Shown here one piece after another: positions 31,131-41,307 of a stretch of 64,000 bases of DNA; position 1 is the stretch's first letter, and each line of letters begins with the position of its first letter. The stretch is from the NCBI GenBank assembly GCA_963786115.1, contig CAWAYC010000018.1, forward strand, positions 95,507 to 159,506, read 5' to 3'. The notes under the pieces are model-generated. The model worked only from the letters and a program-made list of their open reading frames with translations. It did no database searches and had not been told where the DNA came from. The translations under genes and the position numbers were made by a program. This DNA is from an uncultured Alphaproteobacteria bacterium (GTDB lineage: Bacteria > Pseudomonadota > Alphaproteobacteria > Rhizobiales > Xanthobacteraceae).

Positions 31131-32471
31131 ATGCTCCGCGCGGAAGACAACAGGTTTCTCACCGTGAGCGGCGCGGGAACGGGAATGGGCGAGTTGCTGC
31201 GCCGCTTCTGGATTCCTGTGCTGCTCTCGGAGGAATTGCCTGAGGCCGACGGGCCGCCGAGGAAGATCGTGGTGATGGGCGAGGAACTGCTCGCCTTCCG
31301 CGACAGCAGAGGCGTCGTCGGCGTCATCGACCAATATTGTCCGCACCGGGGCGCGAATCTCTGGCTCGGCCGCAACGAGGAATGCGGCATCCGCTGCGTC
31401 TATCACGGCTGGAAGTTCGACACCGACGGCCGCTGCGTCGACATGCCGACGTCCTATCCCGACCTCAATGCGAAAGACCTGATCCGCATCAAATCCTATC
31501 CGGTGCGCGAATGGGGCGACATGATCTGGGCCTATATGGGTCCGGCGGATCAGGTGCCGGAGTTACCCGCATTGGAGATGGCGCTGGTGCCGGCCTCGCA
31601 TCGCTACGTCTCGAAGAAATGGCAGGATTGCAACTGGGTGCAGGCGCTGGAAGGCGCGATCGATACCGCGCATTTCACCTTCGCGCATCTGTCGTTCGAA
31701 AAGGAAGAGAACGAAATCCTCGACATCAAGAAGCATTTTGTGAACCCTCTGACGAGGGTTGCCACCGACCACATGCGCTGGATCGCAGAGGACCCCCGCC
31801 CGGTCATCAAGATCAATCCGCATGAGGCGGGGCTGACGATCGCCGGCGGAAGGCTCACCGGAACCGACAATATCTATTGGCGCATAGCCCAGTTCCTGAT
31901 GCCGGTTCATGCCTACGCGCCGAGTTCGATGCCGGGCGAGAATATCTTCGGCCAGAGTTTCATTCCGGTGACCGATACCAGTTCCTGGATCTACACCTAT
32001 GCGTGGAATCCGGAGCGTCCGCTGACGCAGGCGGAGCGCGATGGCTACGACCGCGGCAACGGCGTGATGTCGGAGGTCGACGAGAATTACGTGCCGTTGC
32101 GCAACAAGAACAATGACTATCTGATCGACCGCACATTGCAGAAAACCAAGAGCTACACTGGGATCAAGGGAGTTTCCGAGCAGGACGCTGCGGTGCAGGA
32201 CAGCCAGGGCCCGATCGCCGACCGCACCCGCGAGCATCTCGGCCCGACCGACCTTGGCATCCTGCATTTCCGCAAACTGGTGATGGAGGCGGCCCGCGCG
32301 CTGCAGAAGGGTGAAGCGCCCTCGCATCTTGCGCATCAGGACCGCTACGCGGTCCGCTCCGGTGCTTGCGTGACTAGCAAGGCAAAGGATCTTACCGCGG
32401 TAATGATCGAGCGGTTTGGCGACGCGGCGGGGTTTGTAGGCAGACCGGGCCAGGACGCCGCGGCGGAGTAG
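31131..32471 (+). CDS. Rieske non-heme iron oxygenase alpha subunit (phthalate 4,5-dioxygenase/LigX-like)
   Basis: GMGELLRRFW, CPH..CVYH Rieske ligands, EGAIDTAH..AH, EQD, DRTREHLG. Confidence 0.9.
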   Translation: MLRAEDNRFLTVSGAGTGMGELLRRFWIPVLLSEELPEADGPPRKIVVMGEELLAFRDSRGVVGVIDQYCPHRGANLWLGRNEECGIRCVYHGWKFDTDGRCVDMPTSYPDLNAKDLIRIKSYPVREWGDMIWAYMGPADQVPELPALEMALVPASHRYVSKKWQDCNWVQALEGAIDTAHFTFAHLSFEKEENEILDIKKHFVNPLTRVATDHMRWIAEDPRPVIKINPHEAGLTIAGGRLTGTDNIYWRIAQFLMPVHAYAPSSMPGENIFGQSFIPVTDTSSWIYTYAWNPERPLTQAERDGYDRGNGVMSEVDENYVPLRNKNNDYLIDRTLQKTKSYTGIKGVSEQDAAVQDSQGPIADRTREHLGPTDLGILHFRKLVMEAARALQKGEAPSHLAHQDRYAVRSGACVTSKAKDLTAVMIERFGDAAGFVGRPGQDAAAE

Positions 32472-32537
32472 ATATTGCGGTCATTCCGGGACACGCTCCG
32501 CGTATTTCGCTTTAGCGGCGGACCGCGGTGGAGGCCG

Positions 32538-34145
32538 TCACAACGGAATCCTCCGATATTCCCGGTTGGCAAGGCTCGCTTCTTCCAGATCGAGATCGCG
32601 CTCGATCCGCCGCCTTGTCTCGTCGGTGATCTTGCCGTCGCGCAACAGGCCGTGGATGAATTTGCGCTCGGCTGAAATCAGCTCTCGCGTCAGCTGCGTT
32701 CCCGTTGCCGAAACGTCGTGCTTTTCAGGATCGAGCGAATCCGGAAGCTGGTTGGCGCGGATCTCGTGCCGCGCGCGCAACAGTTTCACCACCTCGTCGG
32801 ACAGTTCGCGGTCGTCGGTCATGGCATCGAGCGAGGTGAGTGCCGCCGCCAGCGCCTCGCGCCGCGCCGCGATCTCTGCTTCATGCTCGGCGACGTGTTC
32901 GCTGCGGCCGTCCTTTGCGACGCCAAGCCATCGCACCACCGTTGGCAGCACCAATCCGGTCCCGACCAGCGTAATCAGGATGGTGCTGAAGGCGATGAAC
33001 AGGATCAGATCGCGATTGGGAAACGCTTCTCCGGTCGACAGTGTGTAGGGCAGCGCCAGCGCGGCCGCCAGCGACACGGCGCCGCGAACGCCGGTGAACG
33101 CAATCACGAACACCGTGCGCCACGACGGGTAAGGGTCGCGTTCGCGCAGGCGCTTGCTCAGGAAGCGCGGTAGGTAGGTGGCGGCATAGACCCAGGCGAA
33201 GCGGGCAATGATGATGACGATGAGGACCAGCGCGGTCGCAAACAGGATCTCGTCGAGCGGGAACGCTTTTGATTTTTCCAGCAGCGAGCGCATCTGGAAA
33301 CCCGTCAGCAGGAACAGCAAGCCCTGGATCAGGTAGATCACGAGGTCCCAGAAGAAGATGCCCTGCAGGCGGGTCGCGGCCGAGATCCAAAGCGGCCCGT
33401 TCCAGCTCACATAGAGCCCGCAGGCGACCGTTGCGATCACGCCGGAGCCGCCGAAATGTTCGGGGATCCAGTAGGCGATGTAAGGCGTGATCAGCGATAG
33501 CGTGACCTCGACCTGCGGGTCGCGCGCGTGGTAGCGCGCCCGCAAGGAGAGCCATCCGATCGCCGTGCCGAACAGGATTTCGCCGGCGACGATGGCGCCG
33601 AAGCTGCCGGTCGCCTGCGGCAGCGAGAACAGCCCGGTCGAGATCGCCACCACCGCGAAGCGATAGAGGATCAGCGCGGTGGCATCATTGGCCAGTCCCT
33701 CTCCTTCAAGCACCACGAGAATTCGGCGCGGCAGCCCGAGCTTGCGCGCGATTGCGAGCGGCGCCACCACGTCGGGAGGGGCAACGATCGCCCCCAGCAG
33801 GAAACCGACGCTCCACGGTAGTCCGATCAGGTAATGGGTCGCAGTCGCGACCATGAATGCGGTAAAAATCACGCAGCCGACCGACAGCAGGATGATGACG
33901 CGCAGATTGAAGCGGAATTCGCGCCAGCTCATGGCGACGCTCGCCGAATAGATCAGCGGCGGCAGCACCAGAAGGAGCACCACCTCGGGCGGCAGTTCCA
34001 GCGACGGCATCCCCGGCACGAAGGCGAGCCCGACGCCGGCGAGCAGCAGGAGGATCGCCGGCGCAACGTTAAGGCGTCGCGCCAATAGCGCAGTCCCTGC
34101 CAGCACGCCGAGCAGGATCAAAAAGATCTGAAATTTGGCTTCCAT
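32538..34145 (-). CDS. CPA1 family Na+/H+ antiporter
   Basis: LPPLIY, PPDVVA, EGEGLAND, GVRGAVSLAAAL, IERDLDLEE. Confidence 0.92.
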   Translation of the reverse strand: MEAKFQIFLILLGVLAGTALLARRLNVAPAILLLLAGVGLAFVPGMPSLELPPEVVLLLVLPPLIYSASVAMSWREFRFNLRVIILLSVGCVIFTAFMVATATHYLIGLPWSVGFLLGAIVAPPDVVAPLAIARKLGLPRRILVVLEGEGLANDATALILYRFAVVAISTGLFSLPQATGSFGAIVAGEILFGTAIGWLSLRARYHARDPQVEVTLSLITPYIAYWIPEHFGGSGVIATVACGLYVSWNGPLWISAATRLQGIFFWDLVIYLIQGLLFLLTGFQMRSLLEKSKAFPLDEILFATALVLIVIIIARFAWVYAATYLPRFLSKRLRERDPYPSWRTVFVIAFTGVRGAVSLAAALALPYTLSTGEAFPNRDLILFIAFSTILITLVGTGLVLPTVVRWLGVAKDGRSEHVAEHEAEIAARREALAAALTSLDAMTDDRELSDEVVKLLRARHEIRANQLPDSLDPEKHDVSATGTQLTRELISAERKFIHGLLRDGKITDETRRRIERDLDLEEASLANREYRRIPL

Positions 34146-34296
34146 GACGCTACCAATTCGCCCGGCAGCCGAGGCAGGTCAATACGGCCGTGCGTCCGCG
34201 ACGGGAGCCGAATCCGGTCCAATTCGGCCGCAGGGCGGCGGCACGTCGTGCCAGCCCGGGACCCGAGACGCACCTTGGCGGGCGTTCGACCGCGCG

Positions 34297-34671
34297 TCAC
34301 TCGCGCAGGTCGTAGCGATAGGATTTGGAGACGATCCGCCAGCCGTCGTTGAGCTTCATCGCCACCAGATAGTCGGTGAAGTAGCGCGGCGGCAACTGGC
34401 AGCGAACCTTGATGAAGGCGGTCTGCTCATCGGAGCGGTCGATGGTGACGATGAAATCCTCGCGCGGCTTGCCTTCGGCTTTCGCCGACGGACGTTTGCG
34501 CACCCGGTCGAGCCAGTCCGGCACGGTCAGAACCTGCAACTCGCCCTTCTCCAGCCAGCGCAGATCGGCGCTGGAATGAAATACAGCGCCGAGCTTCTCG
34601 GCATCGCCCTCGTAGAGCCCGTCGAAATAATTCTTCACCACCGCTTCGACAGTCGATCGGTCATGGCTCAC
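34297..34671 (-). CDS. NTF2-like (lumazine-binding-like) protein
   Basis: YFDGLYEGD, FTDYL, WRIVSK; GTG start with GGAGG SD. Confidence 0.8.
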   Translation of the reverse strand: MSHDRSTVEAVVKNYFDGLYEGDAEKLGAVFHSSADLRWLEKGELQVLTVPDWLDRVRKRPSAKAEGKPREDFIVTIDRSDEQTAFIKVRCQLPPRYFTDYLVAMKLNDGWRIVSKSYRYDLRE

Positions 34672-34767
34672 TGGTCGGTCCTCCCGGCAGAATGGCTCGC
34701 ACTGATTAAGCCACGAAGCCGTCGATTGCGCTATGGGTGACTTCGTCATCTGGATCAGGAGCGGCTC

Positions 34768-35199
34768 GTGACGGAATCAGGAAATTCGAATGCTCGCATG
34801 CTTGCCGGAGAATGCTACTGCCGCGCCGTGCGCTACACGGTCGCCGACGCGTTCGCCTATGCCCTTAATTGCCATTGCTCGAATTGTCGCCGGACCACGG
34901 GGTCTGCGTTCAAGCCGTTCGCCGGCATCGCGCGCGAGAAATTGGGCATCACGGAAGGCCGCGACCAGCTCATGACCTATGGCGATGAAACCGGCCACGA
35001 TGCCCACTGCAAGCGGTGCGGCTCGCTGCTCTATTCCGTGGTTCGCGAGGGTGCCTATGTGCATGTTGCGATGGGGACGCTTGTCGACGTTCCCTCGATC
35101 CGCCCGACGGCGCACATCTTCGTTGGCTCCAAGGCGCCGTGGTTCGCCATCACCGACGATCTGCCGCAATACGACGGGCACGTCGTGGCCGCCGGGTAG
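34768..35199 (+). CDS. GFA/CENP-V family protein
   Basis: GECYC, CHCSNCRR, CKRCGS zinc motifs; PTAHIFVGSKAPW. Confidence 0.92.
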   Translation: MTESGNSNARMLAGECYCRAVRYTVADAFAYALNCHCSNCRRTTGSAFKPFAGIAREKLGITEGRDQLMTYGDETGHDAHCKRCGSLLYSVVREGAYVHVAMGTLVDVPSIRPTAHIFVGSKAPWFAITDDLPQYDGHVVAAG

Positions 35200-35444
35200 G
35201 AGAATTGCGACGTGCCGGTTCACGTGGAGCACAGGCGGCGCGGATCGGGCCGAGGCGGTGAGGGCGGTTTCGGCGCTTGACCGAAAACGTGATTGACAGA
35301 GCGTCGAACCGCCAGCGTGCGGGATTTACTAAGCATTAGGGGCTGCCCGCCGCGACGGGGTCTCGTGACCCGCCTCACACAGTCGGGCTTCGTTTTCTGC
35401 TAGACAGGCCGGTATGCCAGGAATGCGAGGTTCGGGAAAACGTC

Positions 35445-37217
35445 ATGGCAAGATTACCGGGATCTCTGAGATTGCACCGTTTTGTCTTGGCCGCCGCCGC
35501 GCTGCTTCTGGTGTGCCAGCCGGCTTTTGCCGAAAAGCGCGTAGCGCTGGTGCTCGCCAATTCCGCCTATCAGAACGTCGTTCCGCTGGCCAACCCCGTC
35601 AACGACGGGGCGGTGGTGGCGTCGACGCTGAAGGACGCCGGCTTCGATGTGGTCGATTACCGCCACGATCTCCCCGCCGCCGAAACCCGGCGCGCGCTGC
35701 GCGATTTCGCCGACCGTGCGCGCGATGCCGACATCGCGGTCGTCTATTACGCCGGGCACGGCATCGAGGTTGATGGCTCGAATTACCTTATTCCGGTGGA
35801 TGCCAGGCTGGAGCGCGACACCGACGTCTATGACGAGGCGTTCTCGCTGGATCGCATCCTGATCGCGGTCGAGCCGGTGAGGAAATTGCGGCTCGTCATT
35901 CTCGACGCCTGCCGCGACAACCCGTTTGCCAAAGGCATGAAGCGCACGGTGGCATCGCGCGCGATCGGGCAGGGCCTCGCCAAGGTCGAGCCGACCAGCC
36001 CGAACGTGCTGATCGCCTTTTCGGCCAAAGCCGGATCGACGGCGGCCGACGGTGACGGCAAGAACAGCCCGTTCACGATCGCGCTATCAAAACACCTGAC
36101 GACGCCGGGTCTCGACGTGCGGCGTGCCTTCGGCTTCGTCCGCGACGACGTGCTCAAGAGCACCGGCAACCGGCAGGAGCCGTTCGTCTACGGCTCGCTC
36201 GGGGGCGAAGACATGCCGCTGGTGCCGGCCCCGGCGCACACCGCGGCCGCGCCTGCCGCTGCGCCGGCGCCGAATCCGCAGGCCGAAGCCCGTCGCGATT
36301 ACGAGCTGGCGCTGCAGGTCGGCAACAAGAGCGCGCTGAACGCCTTCCTTGCGCAGTATCCGGACGGTTTCTACGCCAGCCTGGCCCGGCTGCAGCTGGA
36401 GAAAATCGCCGCCGAGGAAACGCGCGTCGCCGCCACCGAAAAAGCGCGGCTGACCGAACAGGAGCGCGCGCGCCTTGCCGCCGAGGGTGCGCAAAAATCC
36501 CAGCAGGCAAGGGCCGAGGCCGACGCCAGGGCCGCCGAGCAGGCGCGTATCGCTGCCGAGAAGGCCAAGCAGGTGGCCCAGGATCAGGCCGCTGCCGCCG
36601 AGCAGAAACGTCTCGCGGCCGAAAAGGCGCTCGCCGACAAGGTGACTGCGGACAAGGTCGCTGCCGACAAGGCCGCTGTCGCGCCGGCGACTTCCGACAA
36701 GGACAAGGTGAACCTGGCCGCGTTGACCGCCGGATCGCCGCAGGTCGACATCACCAAATCGGTGCAGACCGAGTTGCGACGCGTCGGCTGCCTGACCGGG
36801 AACGCCGATGGCGAGTGGAACGCGGCCTCGCAGCGCTCGCTGACGCTGTTCAATCGTTACGCCGGCACCAAGCTCGACGCGAAGACCGCGAGCCTCGACA
36901 CGCTCGATGGGATCAAGCTGAAATCGTCGCGGGTTTGTCCCCTGGTCTGCGAGCACGGCTTCAAGGCCGATGGCGACCATTGCAACAAAATCGTGTGCGC
37001 CGAAGGCTCGTTCCTCAACGACGACAATGAATGCGAAAAGCGGCGCGACAAGAAGCCGGTCGCCAGGCGCGACAGGCCTGAAGCAAAGCAAGTTATTGTC
37101 AGGCGTTCTCAAGCACCGACTTCACCGCCAACGGCTACACGTCAGCCGCTTACCGGCGACCAGCGCGTGTGGGGTTGCAACTCAAACCAGGCCATAATGT
37201 CGGGAAAGTGCCCATAA
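35445..37217 (+). CDS. Secreted caspase-family (C14) peptidase with coiled-coil and Cys-rich C-terminus
   Basis: Signal peptide; KRVALV, LANPVND, YYAGHG, ILDACRDNP catalytic dyad, NSPFT, QEP. Confidence 0.9.
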   Translation: MARLPGSLRLHRFVLAAAALLLVCQPAFAEKRVALVLANSAYQNVVPLANPVNDGAVVASTLKDAGFDVVDYRHDLPAAETRRALRDFADRARDADIAVVYYAGHGIEVDGSNYLIPVDARLERDTDVYDEAFSLDRILIAVEPVRKLRLVILDACRDNPFAKGMKRTVASRAIGQGLAKVEPTSPNVLIAFSAKAGSTAADGDGKNSPFTIALSKHLTTPGLDVRRAFGFVRDDVLKSTGNRQEPFVYGSLGGEDMPLVPAPAHTAAAPAAAPAPNPQAEARRDYELALQVGNKSALNAFLAQYPDGFYASLARLQLEKIAAEETRVAATEKARLTEQERARLAAEGAQKSQQARAEADARAAEQARIAAEKAKQVAQDQAAAAEQKRLAAEKALADKVTADKVAADKAAVAPATSDKDKVNLAALTAGSPQVDITKSVQTELRRVGCLTGNADGEWNAASQRSLTLFNRYAGTKLDAKTASLDTLDGIKLKSSRVCPLVCEHGFKADGDHCNKIVCAEGSFLNDDNECEKRRDKKPVARRDRPEAKQVIVRRSQAPTSPPTATRQPLTGDQRVWGCNSNQAIMSGKCP

Positions 37218-37258
37218 GCGCGCGTTTACCTGACCTCACCGCCCGCGACGAGAGCAAC

Positions 37259-37939
37259 TCAAATCGCGCTCGCCGCGATGTTCACCATCAGCGCCAGCAA
37301 CGCTGTGTTGAACACAAACGAAATGATGCCGTGAACGGTCGCGGTGCGGCGGATGATCTTGTCGGTGATGCCGACGTCGGAAACCTGCGCGGTCATGCCG
37401 ATCACGAACGCGAAATAGACAAAGTCCCAGTAATCGGCATCGACATGCGCGTCGCCGCTGGGAAATTGCAGTCCGCCGGGTTTTTTGCCGCGGTAGTACT
37501 CGTGCGCGTAGTGCAGTGAAAAAGCGGTGTGAACCACCGCCCATGACAGCACGATCGTCACGATCGCGAGGATCAGCCCCACGGGGCTGCTCTTCGAGGC
37601 TCCGAGCTCGAACACGATCGCGGCAAGGCTCGCGAAGGCGCCGAGCGCGGTTACCAGCAGGATCAGGAAGCGGCCGTCGTCCTGCAATACCGCGCTGCGA
37701 TGGATGTGGGCGACGTCACACCGCAACATCATGATGTAGGCGAGCACAAGATACAGCGCGGCGAACGCATCCCAGCCGACGACGAGACGCGTCACCAGCC
37801 GGAACGACGTCGGCATCAGGAAGAACGCAACGATACCAATAGCAACCGCAATGAATGTGCGTGGCCGGCTATAGACCACGCGGACCGGCATCGGCAGTTT
37901 GCGGAAGCGAACAAGGCGTTCCTCGAATTCCTTGCTCAT
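37259..37939 (-). CDS. DUF1345 membrane protein
   Basis: YAHEYY, GLQFP, DYWDFVYF, GMTAQVSD, SFVFNT. Confidence 0.88.
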   Translation of the reverse strand: MSKEFEERLVRFRKLPMPVRVVYSRPRTFIAVAIGIVAFFLMPTSFRLVTRLVVGWDAFAALYLVLAYIMMLRCDVAHIHRSAVLQDDGRFLILLVTALGAFASLAAIVFELGASKSSPVGLILAIVTIVLSWAVVHTAFSLHYAHEYYRGKKPGGLQFPSGDAHVDADYWDFVYFAFVIGMTAQVSDVGITDKIIRRTATVHGIISFVFNTALLALMVNIAASAI

Positions 37940-37963
37940 TTCTCCGCCTTCAACCTGTATGCG

Positions 37964-38884
37964 CTAGTTCTTGCGCTCGGCCACGAAGCGTGCCGCAGCC
38001 CGCAGCACGTCGCCCTTGGCGCCGAAGATCGACAGCGCGGAATCGGCGCTCGCCAGGAGGTCGCTCACCCGCTGCCTGGCGCCCTCGATGCCGAGCTGGG
38101 TGACGAAGGTGGTTTTGCCGAGCGCGGCGTCCTGCCCGGTCTGCTTGCCGAGCGCCGCCGCATCGCCTTCGACGTCGAGCAGATCGTCGGCGATTTGGAA
38201 GGCCTCGCCAAGCGCGCGGCCGTAATCCTCGAGCGCCTGGTATTCCTTTTGGGTGGACTGGCCGAGGATCGCCCCGGCAATACAGCCGAAACGCAACAGC
38301 GCGCCGGTCTTCATCTGTTGCAGGCGGGCGACGTCGACCGGTTCGCGGTCGCCAAAACGACCTTCGCCGGCAAGGTCGAGGATCTGGCCGCCGACCATGC
38401 CGCCAATGCCTGACGCGCGTGCCAGCGCGCGCGTCAGCAGCAGGCGCACATTGGCATCCCTGTGAATCTCATCCCGGGTGACGATGTCGAACGCCAGCGT
38501 CAGAAGGCCGTCACCGGCGAGGATGGCGGTGGCATCGTCGGTCTTCTTGTGTAGCGTCGGCCGCCCACGGCGCAGGTCGCTGTTGTCCATCGCCGGCAGA
38601 TCGTCATGGATCAGCGAGTAGCAATGGATGCATTCCAGCGCAGCCCCGGCGAGCAGCGCGGCCTCGCGGGGGACGCCGAACACCGCCGAACTTTCGACCA
38701 CCAGAAACGGCCGCAGCCGCTTTCCGCCGCCGAGGCTGGAATACCGCATCGCGTCCATCAGCCGCTTCGGCCGGGCGATCTCGTCGGGCAACAGCGCATC
38801 CGACAGCAATGTCGCAAGCAGGGCTTCGGTGTCGTCGGCGGTCTGGTCCAGTCGTTTCGCAAAGTCAAAAGTCGCGGTCGTCAT
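37964..38884 (-). CDS. ispA: Polyprenyl (farnesyl) diphosphate synthase
   Basis: GGKRLRP, DDLPAMD..RRG, GGQILD, FQIADDLLD. Confidence 0.95.
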   Translation of the reverse strand: MTTATFDFAKRLDQTADDTEALLATLLSDALLPDEIARPKRLMDAMRYSSLGGGKRLRPFLVVESSAVFGVPREAALLAGAALECIHCYSLIHDDLPAMDNSDLRRGRPTLHKKTDDATAILAGDGLLTLAFDIVTRDEIHRDANVRLLLTRALARASGIGGMVGGQILDLAGEGRFGDREPVDVARLQQMKTGALLRFGCIAGAILGQSTQKEYQALEDYGRALGEAFQIADDLLDVEGDAAALGKQTGQDAALGKTTFVTQLGIEGARQRVSDLLASADSALSIFGAKGDVLRAAARFVAERKN

Positions 38885-39073
38885 TAAGAATTGCTCCGGA
38901 TCGAATTTCGGGCGGACAATCGTTGATGGCACCGGCTTCGTCAATTCCGCCTGCCGGGGGCCACGGCGCCTTAAAAGCGCTGGAAAAACTGCTATTTGTC
39001 GACGGGATCCTACTTTTCCTGCGGCTTTAACCATCGGTCCTGACCTCACCGTCCTCTTCCAGAAACCTCAAAT

Positions 39074-39745
39074 TTGCGCATTGTCCGGATTTTGTTGCTG
39101 CTTTTGCTGGTCGTGCTGTTGCTGCCCTATGCGCTGACGCCATTCTATCGGACCGGCCAGCCGGTCTCGACGCTGATGGTCTGGCGCCGGCTCAAGGGCG
39201 TGCCGGTCGTGCGGCAATGGGTCGATTTCAACGCGATTTCGCCATCCCTGCCGCGCTCCGTGGTTGGTTCCGAGGACGCGAAATTCTGCAGCCATCACGG
39301 GATCGACTGGGGCGCACTGCGTGAGGTGATCGACGATGCCGAGGACGGCGAGGTCGCCCGCGGCGGCTCGACCATCACCCAGCAGGTAGCGAAAAACCTC
39401 TTCTTGTGGCCGGGCCGCAGCGTGGTCCGTAAAGGGCTGGAACTGCCGCTGGCGCTCTGGATCGATTTCGTCCTGCCCAAGCAGCGGATCCTCGAAATCT
39501 ATCTCAATATTGCTGAACTTGGCCCCTCCGGGCAGTTCGGTGCCGAGGCCGGCTCGAACTACGCCTTCGGGCATTCGGCGGCGACGCTGTCGCCGCGGGA
39601 GGCGGCCCTGCTGGCGGCGATCCTGCCCAATCCGGTACGGCGCAGCGCCCGCAACCCCGGACCGGGGGTGCGCCGGCTCGGCGGAACCTATATGGCGAGG
39701 GCGGGCGCGGTGCAGCGTTGCTGGAGCGAAAATCGCGGTTTCTAA
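39074..39745 (+). CDS. mtgA: Monofunctional peptidoglycan transglycosylase
   Basis: [36 protein letters not shown]. Confidence 0.95.
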   Translation: MRIVRILLLLLLVVLLLPYALTPFYRTGQPVSTLMVWRRLKGVPVVRQWVDFNAISPSLPRSVVGSEDAKFCSHHGIDWGALREVIDDAEDGEVARGGSTITQQVAKNLFLWPGRSVVRKGLELPLALWIDFVLPKQRILEIYLNIAELGPSGQFGAEAGSNYAFGHSAATLSPREAALLAAILPNPVRRSARNPGPGVRRLGGTYMARAGAVQRCWSENRGF

Positions 39746-39902
39746 GCCGATTTTTGCGCCTTTTCGTCGCCTCTGACCCTAGCTTTACGCCACTTCATCC
39801 TCTATAAGCGCGGCCTTATCGGCATCGCAGCTCGCGCTGGACAAGTGCGCGCCCCGTCCTTTTCGGACGATGCCACCGCAACACCCCCAAGAGGACACCG
39901 CT

Positions 39903-40088
39903 ATGGCCGTTCCCAGAAGAAAAACCTCGCCGTCGCGCCGTGGCATGCGCCGTTCGGCCGACGCCCTGAAGACGCCGACCTACATTGAGGACAAGGATTC
40001 CGGCGAATTGCGCCGTCCGCACCACCTCGACCTGAAGACCGGCATGTACAAGGGCCGTCAGGTTCTCAAGGCGAAGAAAGAGTCCTGA
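39903..40088 (+). CDS. rpmF: 50S ribosomal protein L32
   Basis: [22 protein letters not shown]. Confidence 0.98.
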   Translation: MAVPRRKTSPSRRGMRRSADALKTPTYIEDKDSGELRRPHHLDLKTGMYKGRQVLKAKKES

Positions 40089-40185
40089 TCGGACTACGGG
40101 CGGAACGCTGCGCCCGCGGCGCCCGCCTCATTCGGCCAACGCGTGCGGTAAGACGGTTCTCACAGGCAACAGGGCCTGGTCCTAT

Positions 40186-40809
40186 ATGGTCGGTTTTCCG
40201 CTGCTCCTGATACCGCTTGCGGTCTACAACATCATCGTTTTCCTGATGCCGGGCGTGTCCTTCACCGACCCGGTGGTCAAGCTGACGCTGATGTCGGGCG
40301 CGGAATGGCAGGTGACGCTGAGCGACATATTGCTCGCGCTCGGTGTCCTGCTGCTGCTGTTCGAGGTGATCAAGGGCGCGCGTCCGGGTGCGAAATTTCT
40401 CACCGACCATTTGCTGTCCCTGATTGTGTTCGGCGCGGCGGCCGCCGAATTTCTGCTTTGGCCGAAGTTCGGTAACTCGACCTATTGCCTGCTGGCCCTG
40501 CTGGCGCTGGTGGATTTCCTGTCCGGTATCGCATTGCGCGCGCGCCGCGGGGCTGTGGTGGCGCCGGCCGTTGCCCCGGCCTCCCGACGAAGCGCGAGAG
40601 GAGCGCAGGCAGAGGCGCCGGCCGCCGTGCCGCACGTCGATCCGGCGCCCGCTGAGGCACCTGCTCCACCTCCAGCGTCACCGGTACCTGGAGCCGCCGC
40701 AGCCGCCGAATCCGTGCTGCCCGATCATCCCGAACCGACACCCGCGCAACCTGCCGTGCCGTCGCCGGGATTGCAGCCGGGCGGCAGCCCGGACACGCCC
40801 CAGCGCTGA
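40186..40809 (+). CDS. Four-TM membrane protein with Pro/Ala-rich tail
   Basis: Hydrophobic N-terminal half with DHLLS; low-complexity tail. Confidence 0.75.
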   Translation: MVGFPLLLIPLAVYNIIVFLMPGVSFTDPVVKLTLMSGAEWQVTLSDILLALGVLLLLFEVIKGARPGAKFLTDHLLSLIVFGAAAAEFLLWPKFGNSTYCLLALLALVDFLSGIALRARRGAVVAPAVAPASRRSARGAQAEAPAAVPHVDPAPAEAPAPPPASPVPGAAAAAESVLPDHPEPTPAQPAVPSPGLQPGGSPDTPQR

Positions 40810-40815
40810 TTCTTC

Positions 40816-41091
40816 TCAGATGATCTGCCGCGTCCGCCGCGCGACTCCCCGGCGTTCCTGGGGGTGGGGGCCATAGGCCATCTGCGCGTCGGCGTAGATC
40901 GCCCGTCGCAGGTTGCAGGTCTGTGGCTGCTCGGCGGTCGCAATCAGTTGGGTGATGAACGTGGAATCCGGCCGTGTGACAATCAGTCGCCGCAACCACT
41001 GCACCTGCGGGGTCAACGGCACCAGATCGACGCAAGAAGACGTCAGGATTTCGCCGTCGATGATTTTACCCGGTCGATCGGTATCCGGCAT
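40816..41091 (-). CDS. Small hypothetical protein
   Basis: MPDTDRP..RPDSTFITQLIATAEQ..RTRQII; the start site is uncertain. Confidence 0.5.
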   Translation of the reverse strand: MPDTDRPGKIIDGEILTSSCVDLVPLTPQVQWLRRLIVTRPDSTFITQLIATAEQPQTCNLRRAIYADAQMAYGPHPQERRGVARRTRQII

Positions 41092-41307
41092 GACGCACTG
41101 TCCGGCTGCATTGTCAGGTTTTGGGACGTCGGTCCCCATCAAAATCGGTGCCTCGCAAGAGCTATGCCGGCGGGTTGCGTTTCGTTCCCGGCGGCCTTCA
41201 AACATGGTTTCCAGATTTTTCATCAACTTGACCTAGGGTCTGGCCCGAAAGCAAGGCACTATCGGCCAGAATCACTCCGTCGGTGTCCCGAAACGAGGCG
41301 ACCTACG

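Noticed and set aside
39027-39034. TTAACCAT CtrA half-site upstream of mtgA
   Set aside because: A single 8-mer without a full TTAA-N7-TTAA site is too weak to call.
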